Shown here in pieces: positions 39,126 to 48,596 of a DNA stretch of 64,000 bases (positions are counted from its first letter, which is position 1; every line of letters starts with the position of its first letter). The DNA comes from Aquificaceae bacterium (GTDB taxonomy: Bacteria; Aquificota; Aquificia; Aquificales; Aquificaceae). The position numbers were made by a program, and so were the translations under genes. Under the pieces are notes generated by a model. That model was not told where the DNA came from and did not search any database. It saw only the letters and a list, made by a program, of their open reading frames with translations. The stretch is taken from NCBI GenBank assembly GCA_037925075.1, contig JAXSNR010000002.1, forward strand, positions 512,001 to 576,000, given 5' to 3'.

Positions 39126-40175
39126 TCACCTCCATATAAGGGGTGCTATGATTGCGGTAAGTACCAAGTTTATAAAGGTTAGAGGTAGCATAACTTTCCA
39201 GGCGGTGGTGGTTATCTGGTCAATTCTGTACCTTGGCAGTGTCCAATGAAGCCAGAGAACAAAGAGGAAGAGTAGAGAAACCTTCAGTATAAACCATACA
39301 AAGGGAGAAAGGGGGCCAAGGAAAAAGAGGAGGTCCAAAAAGCCCAAAAAGGGTATGTTTATGGGAGACCAACCACCCATAAAGAGTACCACCGCAATGG
39401 CGGAAAGGGAAAGCACCTCTATATACCACTCCACAAGGGGGAAAAGGCCAAACTTCATGCCACCGTACTCCACCGTAAAGCCTGTCACAAGCTCCGCCTC
39501 TGCCTCCTGTATGTCAAAGGGCACTCTCCCAGTCTCCGCCAGCATGGCAAACATATAAACTACAAAAGCTATAGGCTGAAGCCACATATACCAGAGATTT
39601 TGTTCAATCTGTCTTTGCACAATGTCGTAGGTGGAGAGCGTCCCCGCAAGTATTATGGGACCCATAACCGCAAAGGTGATCACCACCTCGTAGGAGACCA
39701 CTATGCCCGCCTTTCTCATAGAGCCTATAAGGGCATACTTGGAGTTGGAAGCCCAACCGGCTAAGGCTATGGCAAAAACAGCCATAGAACCAAGGGCAAA
39801 GACAAGCAAAAGCCCTATGTTTACGTCGGTAAGCATAGGTTTTATCTTGTAGCCAAAGACCTCAAACTCAGGGCCAAAAGGTACAACCGCAAAGACTAAA
39901 GTCGCAGGCACCAGTGCCATCACAAGGGCTAGGTTATACAAAAAGCGGTTTCCGTACCTTGGGAAGAGGTCTTCCTTTGTAAGGAGCTTAAGTCCGTCCG
40001 CCAAGGGTTGCAAAAGCCCATGCCAGCCTACCACCATAGGACCGGGTCTTCTTTGAATATGTGCTGCCACCTTTCTCTCCACCAGCGTCAGGTAGGCACC
40101 AACCCCCAAGACTATACCCAGAATTACAAGTATTTTTATGAGGACCACCACAAGCCAAACCACTACGCTTTCCAT
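39126..40175 (-). CDS. nuoH: NADH-quinone oxidoreductase subunit H
   Basis: ERK, RPGP, QPLADGLKL, RVPFD, EAEAELV, PRYRID. Confidence 0.96.
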   Translation of the reverse strand: MESVVVWLVVVLIKILVILGIVLGVGAYLTLVERKVAAHIQRRPGPMVVGWHGLLQPLADGLKLLTKEDLFPRYGNRFLYNLALVMALVPATLVFAVVPFGPEFEVFGYKIKPMLTDVNIGLLLVFALGSMAVFAIALAGWASNSKYALIGSMRKAGIVVSYEVVITFAVMGPIILAGTLSTYDIVQRQIEQNLWYMWLQPIAFVVYMFAMLAETGRVPFDIQEAEAELVTGFTVEYGGMKFGLFPLVEWYIEVLSLSAIAVVLFMGGWSPINIPFLGFLDLLFFLGPLSPFVWFILKVSLLFLFVLWLHWTLPRYRIDQITTTAWKVMLPLTFINLVLTAIIAPLIWR

Positions 40176-40184
40176 GTTTGCCTC

Positions 40185-41900
40185 CTACCGGTCTATCTCT
40201 CCCACCACGGGGTCTATGCTTGCCAGAATGGTCACCGCGTCCGCGATAACTCTGTCCTTCATCAGCTTTGGGTACACGCAGAGGTTGTACATGGAGCCAG
40301 GCCTTATCTTCACTCTGTAGGGCTTTACACCGCCCGTGGAATATATGTAAAAACCAAGCTCGCCTCTTGGGTTTTCTCCCGAAGAGTATATTTCGCCTTC
40401 AGGCACCTTTAGACCTATACCATCAAGCGGTAGTTTTAGTTTTTTGGGGTCTGGAGATTCCGCAAAGAAGGGAGCATCCTTTAGTTTTTCAAGGACCGCC
40501 ACACACTGCTCTACAATCCTTAGACTCTGTCTCATCTCCTCAAGCCTAACAAGGTAGCGGTCGTAGACATCACCACTTTCACCCACAGGTATGTCAAACT
40601 CCACCCATGGGTAGGCATCGTAGGGTTCAAGCTTCCTCATGTCGTAAGGCACTCCTGAGCCTCTGGCCACAGGACCTGTAAGCCCGTAGAAATAAACATC
40701 CTCCTTGCTTATTACTCCAACCCCCACATTTCTTCTGAGCCATATCCTGTTCCTGCTTAGAATGGTCTCCCATTCTTTGAGTTCCTTGGGAAACCTCTTT
40801 ATGAAGGCTCTTATGACCTCCAAAGCACCCTCCGGAAGGTCCATCCTTACACCACCCACCCTCGTGTAGGATATGGTAAGCCTTGTTCCAGTAATGCCTT
40901 CTATTATGTCCATAAGCTTTTCTCTTTCCTTAAAGGCGTACAGAAAGATGGTAAGAGCTCCAAGGTCAAGGGCGTAGGTGCCAAGCCAAAGGAGGTGAGA
41001 ATTGATCCTCTGAAGCTCTGACATCATAGTCCTTATATACTTTGCCTTCTCTGGCACAAGGTCCTCTATACCAAGAAGCCTTTCTACCGCCACCACCCAT
41101 GCCTGATTGGAGCAAAGAGCGGAAAGGTAGTCCATCCTGTCTGTGTAGACCAGAAACTGGTTGTACATCTCGTTCTCAGCTAACTTTTCCACTCCCCTGT
41201 GGAGTTGACCTAATATTACATCACACTGATAGACCCTTTCCCCCTCAAGGTCAAAGAGAAACCACATGGTGCCATGGGTTCCAGGATGCAGAGGTCCCCA
41301 GTTGAGGACTATCTGTGCCTTTTTTTGAAGCCTTCTTTTTTCTGTTATCTCAAGGTCCTCAAGGGTTGGCACCGGTGTATGCATCTTGTCGTAGTTCATG
41401 AGCCCTTGAAGGTTATCGCCCCAGAGGACTTCGTTCAGAGAGGGAAGGTATTCGGTGGTATAGCCTTCAAGGGGAAAGTCCTTCCTTAGAGGATAGTGCT
41501 GATAGGTTTCCCACATGAAGGCACGCACTAAGTTTTCGTGCCCCTCATACCTTATGCCAAACATGTCGTAGCATTCCCTTTCTGCCCATTTGCCCGCAAA
41601 CCAGAGCTTTTCTATTGACGGCAATTCTCCATCCGTCCAGGTTTTCACCACAACCCTTTTTCTCTCATCTACATTGTAGAGGATATAAAAGGCCAGAAAG
41701 CGGGGCTTTTTATCTGGAAAATCCACCACCGAGTGGTCAATAAAGAGCTTATAGCCCTTTTCTTCCTTTAGGATTTTGAGAAGTTCAAGGAGCCTTTCCT
41801 TTTGGATATAAAGAGAGGTTATAGTGGGCTTTTCTTCAACCTCAAGCCCTTCAAATCTACCCTTTAGGTCAATAAACTCTTCACCTCTTGCCCAAGGCAT
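40185..41900 (-). CDS. nuoCD: NADH-quinone oxidoreductase fused subunit C/D
   Basis: ERECYDMFGI, PLRKDFP (C); GPLHPGTHG, HRG, DRMDY, PRGE, GEIDR (D). Confidence 0.95.
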   Translation of the reverse strand: MPWARGEEFIDLKGRFEGLEVEEKPTITSLYIQKERLLELLKILKEEKGYKLFIDHSVVDFPDKKPRFLAFYILYNVDERKRVVVKTWTDGELPSIEKLWFAGKWAERECYDMFGIRYEGHENLVRAFMWETYQHYPLRKDFPLEGYTTEYLPSLNEVLWGDNLQGLMNYDKMHTPVPTLEDLEITEKRRLQKKAQIVLNWGPLHPGTHGTMWFLFDLEGERVYQCDVILGQLHRGVEKLAENEMYNQFLVYTDRMDYLSALCSNQAWVVAVERLLGIEDLVPEKAKYIRTMMSELQRINSHLLWLGTYALDLGALTIFLYAFKEREKLMDIIEGITGTRLTISYTRVGGVRMDLPEGALEVIRAFIKRFPKELKEWETILSRNRIWLRRNVGVGVISKEDVYFYGLTGPVARGSGVPYDMRKLEPYDAYPWVEFDIPVGESGDVYDRYLVRLEEMRQSLRIVEQCVAVLEKLKDAPFFAESPDPKKLKLPLDGIGLKVPEGEIYSSGENPRGELGFYIYSTGGVKPYRVKIRPGSMYNLCVYPKLMKDRVIADAVTILASIDPVVGEIDR

Positions 41901-41911
41901 TTTACACTCCT

Positions 41912-42283
41912 TTAAAGGCTTTCCTCTTCAAACTGCCATTCAAGAGCACCCTTTCTCCATGCGTAAAGGAGCCCGTAGGTTAGTATAAGCACAAAAAGGA
42001 ACATCTCTACAAAACCAAACACGCCCAAGTACCTATAAACCACCGTCCAAGGGAAAAGGAATGCTGCCTCTATATCAAAGAGTAGGAGCAAAAGGCCAAG
42101 AAGGTAATATCCCTGATGAAAAGTGGATTGGGCGGATTTATCGTATAGGGGCACGCCGCATTCGTAAGGATAGTCTTGTAAGGCTTCTGGTGTTTTTGGA
42201 CCAAGTAGGTAGTTTATAAAGACAAAGACCAGGGCTATGCCCAACATTACCGCAAAAAAGATAAGAAGTGCCATATATTCCAT
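41912..42283 (-). CDS. nuoA: NADH-quinone oxidoreductase subunit A
   Basis: PYECG, FDIE, FPW, KGALEW. Confidence 0.95.
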   Translation of the reverse strand: MEYMALLIFFAVMLGIALVFVFINYLLGPKTPEALQDYPYECGVPLYDKSAQSTFHQGYYLLGLLLLLFDIEAAFLFPWTVVYRYLGVFGFVEMFLFVLILTYGLLYAWRKGALEWQFEEESL

Positions 42284-42287
42284 ACCT

Positions 42288-43739
42288 TCACCTCATGAAA
42301 AGGTTTTCCGCAGAGGAGCTGACAAAGCTCCATAATATTATAGGCACCGCTCCAAGAAGGACAAGGGCAAAGGTCAGAAGCACTATAAGGAGCTTTTCCA
42401 CATTGGAAATAGAAAGGCTCAATTGGCTTGTTTGGTCCTTCATGAGCATAAGGGCGGTAATCCTCAGGTAGTAGCCCGTGGATATACCCGTTGCGACGAT
42501 CATCACAAGGGCAAGCCACCAAAGCTTTTCAAAGGAGAGAGACATAAACACAAGAGCCTTTCCTACAAAGCCTACAGTAGGCGGAATGCCCAAAAGGGCA
42601 AGTAGCATAACCATAAAGGAAAAGGCCAGCCAAGGTGCGGAGAACCTCATGCCCGAAAACTGTTCAAGCCTGTTTTCCCAGCCGGGCACCCTCTCAAGAA
42701 GGGCAAGTACCATAAAGCTACCGAAACCCATAAGAGAATAGGCTATAAGAAAGTATATGACCGCCTTAAGCCCTATGATCTCTGCGACCGCAATGCCCGC
42801 CATTATGTAGCCCGAATGTGCTATGGAAGAGTAGGCAAGAAGTCTTTTTACATCCTTTTGCACCAAGGCGGTGAGGTTGCCATAAAGCATGGTAAGAGCT
42901 GAGATTATGCCCACGGTGGTTATCCAAGCGTAGGAGAAGTTTTCCTGAACCAAGGGCATAAGCCTGACCACAGGACCAAAAAAGGCAAGCTTTCCCACAG
43001 AAGCCATGTAGGCGGTTATGGGCGTGGGAGCACCCTGATAGGCATCGGGAAGCCAAAAGTGAAAGGGCACTGCACCTATCTTTATGGCAAAACCTATCAA
43101 AAAGAGCACAAGACCAAGCACCAGAAAGTAGTGGTTTTCACCCACATGAGTCAGTATGTATCTTAGGTCAAGAGAACCCGAATACAGATACATAAAGCCA
43201 GCACCGTAGGAAGCCAAAGCTATGGAAAGACCACCGAGCATAAGGTACTTAAAAGCCCCCTCCTTGGAATTAAAGTCCGACCTTAGGAGGGCGGTGAGTA
43301 TGTAAAAGGCTATGGAAACTGCCTCAAGAGCCACATAAAGAATTACAAGGTTGTAGGAAGAAACCAGAAACATACCGCCTATAAGAGCAAAGCTAAGTAT
43401 GTAGTAAAACTCACCATAGAGAGACCTTTTATGTTTATAGTAAAGGTAGTTGAAAGCCAATAGGGCTATGGTAAGCAGGATCATGAAGACTTGCATAAGA
43501 CTGGAAAACTGGTCTCTTTTATAAAGGCCGTAAAAGGTCTCTCCCTCCATGCCCCAGTTAAGTACCAAGAGTAGCAAGGCAAGGAAATAGCCCACAAGGC
43601 TAAGGCTTATGGCAAGGGCATGGTTTATCCTCTTGTAAAAGATGTCAAGACTAAAAAGAACAAAGCCAGTAATCAAAACTACAAGCTCGGGAAGTAGCAG
43701 TTGTATGCGAGGAATCTCTACGCTTATGAGCTGTTCCAT
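42288..43739 (-). CDS. nuoN: NADH-quinone oxidoreductase subunit N (set 1)
   Basis: EGAFKY, PFHFWLPDAYQGAP, KRLLAYSSIAHSGY. Confidence 0.93.
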   Translation of the reverse strand: MEQLISVEIPRIQLLLPELVVLITGFVLFSLDIFYKRINHALAISLSLVGYFLALLLLVLNWGMEGETFYGLYKRDQFSSLMQVFMILLTIALLAFNYLYYKHKRSLYGEFYYILSFALIGGMFLVSSYNLVILYVALEAVSIAFYILTALLRSDFNSKEGAFKYLMLGGLSIALASYGAGFMYLYSGSLDLRYILTHVGENHYFLVLGLVLFLIGFAIKIGAVPFHFWLPDAYQGAPTPITAYMASVGKLAFFGPVVRLMPLVQENFSYAWITTVGIISALTMLYGNLTALVQKDVKRLLAYSSIAHSGYIMAGIAVAEIIGLKAVIYFLIAYSLMGFGSFMVLALLERVPGWENRLEQFSGMRFSAPWLAFSFMVMLLALLGIPPTVGFVGKALVFMSLSFEKLWWLALVMIVATGISTGYYLRITALMLMKDQTSQLSLSISNVEKLLIVLLTFALVLLGAVPIILWSFVSSSAENLFMR

Positions 43740-43740
43740 G

Positions 43741-45240
43741 CTAACCCCCCATTACCTTTGAAATCACATGCCTTAAGAGACTGTTTATGTAAGGGTCATA
43801 AAAGGCAAAAAACAGAAAAGGTAGAAAGCCCACAAGGAACATGGGAACAACCACAAGCAAAAAGGCGGTAAGCTTAAAGCCCCTTAGGTCCGTAAAGTGG
43901 ATAAGCCTACTCTCCTCCTTCGTGTCAAGGTAGAGAGTTTTTAAAAGGTATAGCACATAGACCGCACTAAAAAAAGCACCTACTATCACAAGAAAGGCAA
44001 GAAGAAGCGTATATTCCCTTGCACCTACCACAGTAAGAAACTTACCCCAGAAGGAAGAACCACCGGGAAGTCCCATGGAAGAAAAGCCTGTTATGGCAAC
44101 AAGCACTGCAAAGAGAGGCATGAACTTTATGCTTCCCCTTAAAGCCTGCATATTAAAGCTATGAAGCCTGTTGTATATAAAGCCAGCCATCATAAATAGG
44201 GCGGAAGAGGTTAGACCATGGGCAAACATCTCCGTTATACTGGCTCTTAGACCTTCCGCGTTCAAAAGAAACATACCCGCCACCACAAAGCCCATATGAC
44301 TCACCGAAGAATAGGCAACAAACCTCTTAACATTGCTCTGGCTTATGGTAAACCAAGAAGCAAAGATTATTGAAAGAATGCCCCAAAGCACCATTACAGG
44401 CATCAGGAAAACAGAAGCTTCTGGGAAAAGCCCTATGTTGAACCTTAAAAGAGCGTAAGTACCCATCTTTAAAAGTATGGCCGCAAGCACCACAGAACCC
44501 GCGGTAGGAGCTTCACCGTGTGCGTCTGGAAGCCATGTGTGAAAAGGTACTATGGGAGTTTTGACCGCAAAGGCTATGAGGAAAAGGAGGAACATAAAAA
44601 CTTCAAACTCAAGGCTGTAGCGATTGTTCATAAGGTCAAAGTAGTTAAAGGAAAACTTTCCAAACTGCCTGTAGTGTTGGACCGCAAGGCTCACAATTCC
44701 TAAAAGCAAGAAAAGGGAAGAAACAAAGATGTATATAAAAAACTTGTAAGCGGAGTATAGCCTTAGCTTGTAGCCCCATATGCCTATAACAAAGAACATG
44801 GGCACAAGCGTAAGCTCATAAAAGACATAAAAGACCATAAGGTCAAGACTTGCAAAAACGCCCACAAGGAAAGTCTCCGTTAGCAAGAACCATACGTAAT
44901 ACTCTTTAAGGCGGTGGTTTATTTGGTGGTCTCTTGTGGACCAAAGAATAGCAACAAGAGAAACCAAGGTGGTAAGTATGTACATTATGTAAGAAAGCCC
45001 ATCAAAACCCATATGCAGGCTAAGTTTTAGCTCGGGAATAAGAACATACTTTTCTTCAAACTGGACCTTGTTTGCTCTTGAAAAGTCAAAGAAGAAGAGG
45101 GAGGCAAGAGAGATAACAAAAACCGCACCACTAAACAAAGAGGCTATCCATTTGGAAAACTCCTCCCTCAAAAATACGACTATCATACTGCCGATAAGAG
45201 GCAGAAGCATACTCACAGAAGCCAAAGGAAAGCCTTCCAT
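43741..45240 (-). CDS. nuoM: NADH-quinone oxidoreductase subunit M (set 1)
   Basis: KTPIVPFHTWLPDAHGEAPT, LLKMG, AYSSVSHMG. Confidence 0.95.
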   Translation of the reverse strand: MEGFPLASVSMLLPLIGSMIVVFLREEFSKWIASLFSGAVFVISLASLFFFDFSRANKVQFEEKYVLIPELKLSLHMGFDGLSYIMYILTTLVSLVAILWSTRDHQINHRLKEYYVWFLLTETFLVGVFASLDLMVFYVFYELTLVPMFFVIGIWGYKLRLYSAYKFFIYIFVSSLFLLLGIVSLAVQHYRQFGKFSFNYFDLMNNRYSLEFEVFMFLLFLIAFAVKTPIVPFHTWLPDAHGEAPTAGSVVLAAILLKMGTYALLRFNIGLFPEASVFLMPVMVLWGILSIIFASWFTISQSNVKRFVAYSSVSHMGFVVAGMFLLNAEGLRASITEMFAHGLTSSALFMMAGFIYNRLHSFNMQALRGSIKFMPLFAVLVAITGFSSMGLPGGSSFWGKFLTVVGAREYTLLLAFLVIVGAFFSAVYVLYLLKTLYLDTKEESRLIHFTDLRGFKLTAFLLVVVPMFLVGFLPFLFFAFYDPYINSLLRHVISKVMGG

Positions 45241-45244
45241 TCCT

Positions 45245-47158
45245 TCACCTCATGCCGTAGATAATTACACCCAATATAAAAACAACACCCAAAAGTAGAA
45301 AGCTAACATAGTTATTAAGAAGCCCAGTTTGTATATTTCTAACCTTTCTGCCAGTCCAGTAGGAGGCTTTTGCCAAACCATTGACAAAGAGGTCCACAAG
45401 CATTATGTCCAACTTCATCCATAGAAACTTAACAACCCTAAAGTAGAGGAAGTTAAGGAGGTTTATAAGCCCATCTATAAAAACCCTATCACCGGCTATA
45501 AAGAGCACCCTTGAAAGCCCCATGTAGCCCCTTGCTATACCTCTGTGGTAAAACCTTTCAGTGAAGAACTGCTCTTTCAAGGTAGTATGCAAAGGCTTTA
45601 GGGCTTCGTAAGCTTTTTGCGGATCTATCAAGCCCTTTACATACACAAGATAAGCCACCAATATGCCCGCCAAGCCCACCACCACAGAAAGCACAGCTAT
45701 ATCCACATGAAGCTCCTTATGAACCCCCAATATACCGCCATACCATCCTTCAAAAAATCCAGCAACCACCGCCATCACGGAAAGCACAAGCATAGGCACC
45801 ACCATCACGCTTGGGCTTTCATGGGGTTCTTCTTTTTGTTCATGTCTGAAGTGCTCCTTCCCATGAAACATCACAAACCCTTCCCTGAATATGTAATAAG
45901 CGGTCATAAAGCTCACCACAGACACAAGCACCCCCCACAAAAAGCTCTTCTCATACGCAGTTGCCACTATAAGGTCCTTGCTCCAAAACCCAGAAAAGGG
46001 AAATATACCAGCCAAAGCCAAGGCTCCAACAAGAAAACTGGCATAGGTTATAGGCATATACCTTTTTAGCCTACCAGTCTCGTATATGTAATGCACATGG
46101 TGGTGAAAGGCATGAATTACAGAACCAGCGGACAAAAAGAGCAAAGCCTTGAAAAAGGCATGAGTAGTCAAATGAAACATGGCAGACATCCTATCACCAA
46201 GACCAAGAGCCAAAAACATAAGACCAAGCTGACTCATGGTGGAAAAAGCTATGATCTTCTTTATATCCGTATGAGAAGTAGCAGCAAGGGCAGCAAACAA
46301 GGCGGTAAGACCACCCACAAGGGCAACCACCCTTAAACTCTCAGGAGCGGACTCAAACATAGGATAAAGCCTTGCCACCATATAGACACCAGCAGCTACC
46401 ATAGTGGCAGCGTGCAAAAGGGCAGAAACAGGAGTAGGACCGGCCATAGCATTAGGAAGCCAAGTATGCAAAGGCAATTGACCAGACTTACCAACCGCAC
46501 CACCAAAGAGCAAAAGACAAGCAAGACCAAGAAGAGCCTTATCCACCTGAGAGACCCTAGCAAAAATGTCAAGGATAGAAAGAGAACCAAAAAGGTAAAA
46601 AGAAGCGACAATACCAAAGAGGAAAAACCAATCACCAACACGGTTTAGGACAAAAGCCTCAAGGGAAGCATTAGAAGCCTTCTTTTGAGTGTGGAAGTAT
46701 CCAATAAGCAAGTAAGAAGCAAGACCCACACCCTCCCAACCAAAGAAGATACCCAGCAAGTTATCCGAAAGCACAATAAGGAGCATAGCAAACAAGAACA
46801 AAGACAAGTAGGCGTAGAACTTAAAAGTCCACTGACCAAAAAGGTTATGCATATAGCCAATAGAGTAGATGAAGATCACAGTAGCCACAAAAGTGACCAC
46901 AGAAGCGGTAACAGAAGAAAGGGGGTCAAAGAAAAGACCCAAAGAGAGATTATAAGCATCCAGAGGCAGAAAGTCATAGAGCTTTACACTAAAAGGCTCA
47001 GAGAGAGCTCTTGAGGTAGCCCAGAGAGAAAAGAGAAAAGAAAAGGCACCACCCAATACACAAAGCAAGGCTGAAGCCATATCACCTATTCTTGCACCAA
47101 AGAGGGCTATGAGTAAAAAGGCTATTAAGGGTGAAAGTAGAATAGCCAACCCTTCCAT
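45245..47158 (-). CDS. nuoL: NADH-quinone oxidoreductase subunit L (set 1)
   Basis: Same core as the other nuoL with a different, longer C-terminal tail. Confidence 0.95.
   Translation of the reverse strand: MEGLAILLSPLIAFLLIALFGARIGDMASALLCVLGGAFSFLFSLWATSRALSEPFSVKLYDFLPLDAYNLSLGLFFDPLSSVTASVVTFVATVIFIYSIGYMHNLFGQWTFKFYAYLSLFLFAMLLIVLSDNLLGIFFGWEGVGLASYLLIGYFHTQKKASNASLEAFVLNRVGDWFFLFGIVASFYLFGSLSILDIFARVSQVDKALLGLACLLLFGGAVGKSGQLPLHTWLPNAMAGPTPVSALLHAATMVAAGVYMVARLYPMFESAPESLRVVALVGGLTALFAALAATSHTDIKKIIAFSTMSQLGLMFLALGLGDRMSAMFHLTTHAFFKALLFLSAGSVIHAFHHHVHYIYETGRLKRYMPITYASFLVGALALAGIFPFSGFWSKDLIVATAYEKSFLWGVLVSVVSFMTAYYIFREGFVMFHGKEHFRHEQKEEPHESPSVMVVPMLVLSVMAVVAGFFEGWYGGILGVHKELHVDIAVLSVVVGLAGILVAYLVYVKGLIDPQKAYEALKPLHTTLKEQFFTERFYHRGIARGYMGLSRVLFIAGDRVFIDGLINLLNFLYFRVVKFLWMKLDIMLVDLFVNGLAKASYWTGRKVRNIQTGLLNNYVSFLLLGVVFILGVIIYGMR
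45546..47137. repeat. Long direct repeat copy 2 (within nuoL set 1)
   Basis: Matches 36069-37660. Confidence 0.95.
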
Positions 47159-47159
47159 C

Positions 47160-47462
47160 CTAATCCCTCAGGTGCGTTATCTCAGAAGAACCTTCGTAGC
47201 CCCTTAGCCTGAACAGGGCTATTATAAGGCCCAAACCCACCGCCACCTCAGAGGCGGCAACAGCCAGTATAAAGAGGGCAAAGACCTGCCCCTCTATACC
47301 TCCTACTATTCTGTCCACGCTCACAAGGGCAAGGTTTACTCCGTTCAGCATGAGCTCCGTGCTTATAAGTAAGGTTATAAGGTTTTTCCTTATGATAACA
47401 CCAAGCAGACCAGAAAGGAACAAAAAGATGCTTATAAGAAGATAAGCCTTCTCTATGGTCAC
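47160..47462 (-). CDS. nuoK: NADH-quinone oxidoreductase subunit K (set 1)
   Basis: RKN, ELMLNGVN, GQVFALF, AASEVAVGL. Confidence 0.95.
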   Translation of the reverse strand: MTIEKAYLLISIFLFLSGLLGVIIRKNLITLLISTELMLNGVNLALVSVDRIVGGIEGQVFALFILAVAASEVAVGLGLIIALFRLRGYEGSSEITHLRD

Positions 47463-47947
47463 TCCTCTTTCCTCCCAAGAAGTATGGCTCCTATCATGGC
47501 GGTCAATAGTATAACAGAAGCCACCTCAAGAGGAAAGAGGTAAGTGGAAAAAAGGCTCTTACCTACCTCTTTAACATTGTCTTTAACCTGATAGCCAACA
47601 TTGGCAAAGCTTCCCCTAAGTATGGCATAGGAGAAGAGCAAAAAGCTTACAAGTAAAACGGGAAAGCCCATAAAAAATTCCCTCTTGTAAAAGCCCTCAA
47701 ACCTCTTCACCTTTTCCCAAGGCACGGTGGTTATCACCAGCACGTAAAAGACCACTATGGCCACCGCGTAGATGATTAACTGCAAACCAGCCAGAAGCTC
47801 AGCTCCCATGTGCAAAAACATGCCCGCGACCGCAAGTATAAGGCTTACAAAGGAAAGTATGGCATGAATGGGATTTCTCAAAAAGAGCACTCCCATAGTA
47901 GAAGCTACCGCCCAAAAGGCAAGAAAGATAAATATTATCCACTCCAC
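47459..47947 (-). CDS. nuoJ: NADH-quinone oxidoreductase subunit J (set 1)
   Basis: NPIHA, GAELLAGLQLIIYA, PLEVASVILL; likely GTG start 47947. Confidence 0.92.
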   Translation of the reverse strand: MEWIIFIFLAFWAVASTMGVLFLRNPIHAILSFVSLILAVAGMFLHMGAELLAGLQLIIYAVAIVVFYVLVITTVPWEKVKRFEGFYKREFFMGFPVLLVSFLLFSYAILRGSFANVGYQVKDNVKEVGKSLFSTYLFPLEVASVILLTAMIGAILLGRKEE

Positions 47948-48540
47948 TGGATCTTCCCCCAAAGCTTCTCTCTGTGTTGGTCGTCTATCCATATACGGTC
48001 TGGTTCAGAACCCCTTCTTTTCTTCCAATCTATGGCGTTTTCTTCAAGCTTTTCCATCCTCAAAACTGCAGACCTTCTTGTGTATCCTGCCAGTTCATAA
48101 AGGTCGGTCATGGTTAGACAGCCCACGGGACAGGCATCCACACACAGACCACAGAAAAGACAATTAAGTAGGTTCATATCAAAGCGCACCACCTTTTTAG
48201 AGCCATCGGGCATTTGAACCGCCTCTATTCTAAAGAGGGTAGGCATAGGGCAGGCGGTTTGACACATATAACAGGCGACGCATCTGCTTTTGCCCTTTTC
48301 GTAGTTCATAAACTTCTCTATTGCCCTAAGAGAATCAGGCTCCGTGCCATCCCAAACAAAGTGCCCGTGAGCTCCTCTGTAACGTTTTGGTGGCGTGAGC
48401 TTTTCTATGGGGTAGTTGGTGGTTATGGGTCTTCTAAAAAGGTTTGTGAGGGTCACCGAAAGACCCTTTATAAAATCCACAAAAAACACAGCTTCCAACA
48501 GGTTAAGGAAAGCCTTTCGGTCCACCTTCTTTATGCCCAT
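47935..48540 (-). CDS. nuoI: NADH-quinone oxidoreductase subunit I (set 1)
   Basis: YPIEK, RYRG, two CxxCxxCxxxCP motifs. Confidence 0.93.
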   Translation of the reverse strand: MGIKKVDRKAFLNLLEAVFFVDFIKGLSVTLTNLFRRPITTNYPIEKLTPPKRYRGAHGHFVWDGTEPDSLRAIEKFMNYEKGKSRCVACYMCQTACPMPTLFRIEAVQMPDGSKKVVRFDMNLLNCLFCGLCVDACPVGCLTMTDLYELAGYTRRSAVLRMEKLEENAIDWKKRRGSEPDRIWIDDQHREKLWGKIQWSG

Positions 48541-48551
48541 GATGGGCTATT

Positions 48552-48580
48552 ATTTTAAGCCAACTGCAAACCTTATGCAA
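48552..48580 (-). promoter_or_regulatory. Sigma70-type promoter heading the nuo cluster
   Basis: TTGCAT-N17-TAAAAT, 11 nt before nuoI ATG. Confidence 0.6.
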
Positions 48581-48596
48581 AAGTTTATGATCTATT

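Noticed and set aside
36069..47137. Diversity-generating retroelement explaining the A-poor repeat pair
   Set aside because: Copies are identical rather than differing at adenines, are far longer than TR/VR, and no reverse transcriptase is in the window
48565..48580. Sigma54 promoter for the nuo cluster
   Set aside because: Reads TG-N10-GC, lacking the invariant GG; a sigma70 -35/-10 with 17-bp spacing fits better
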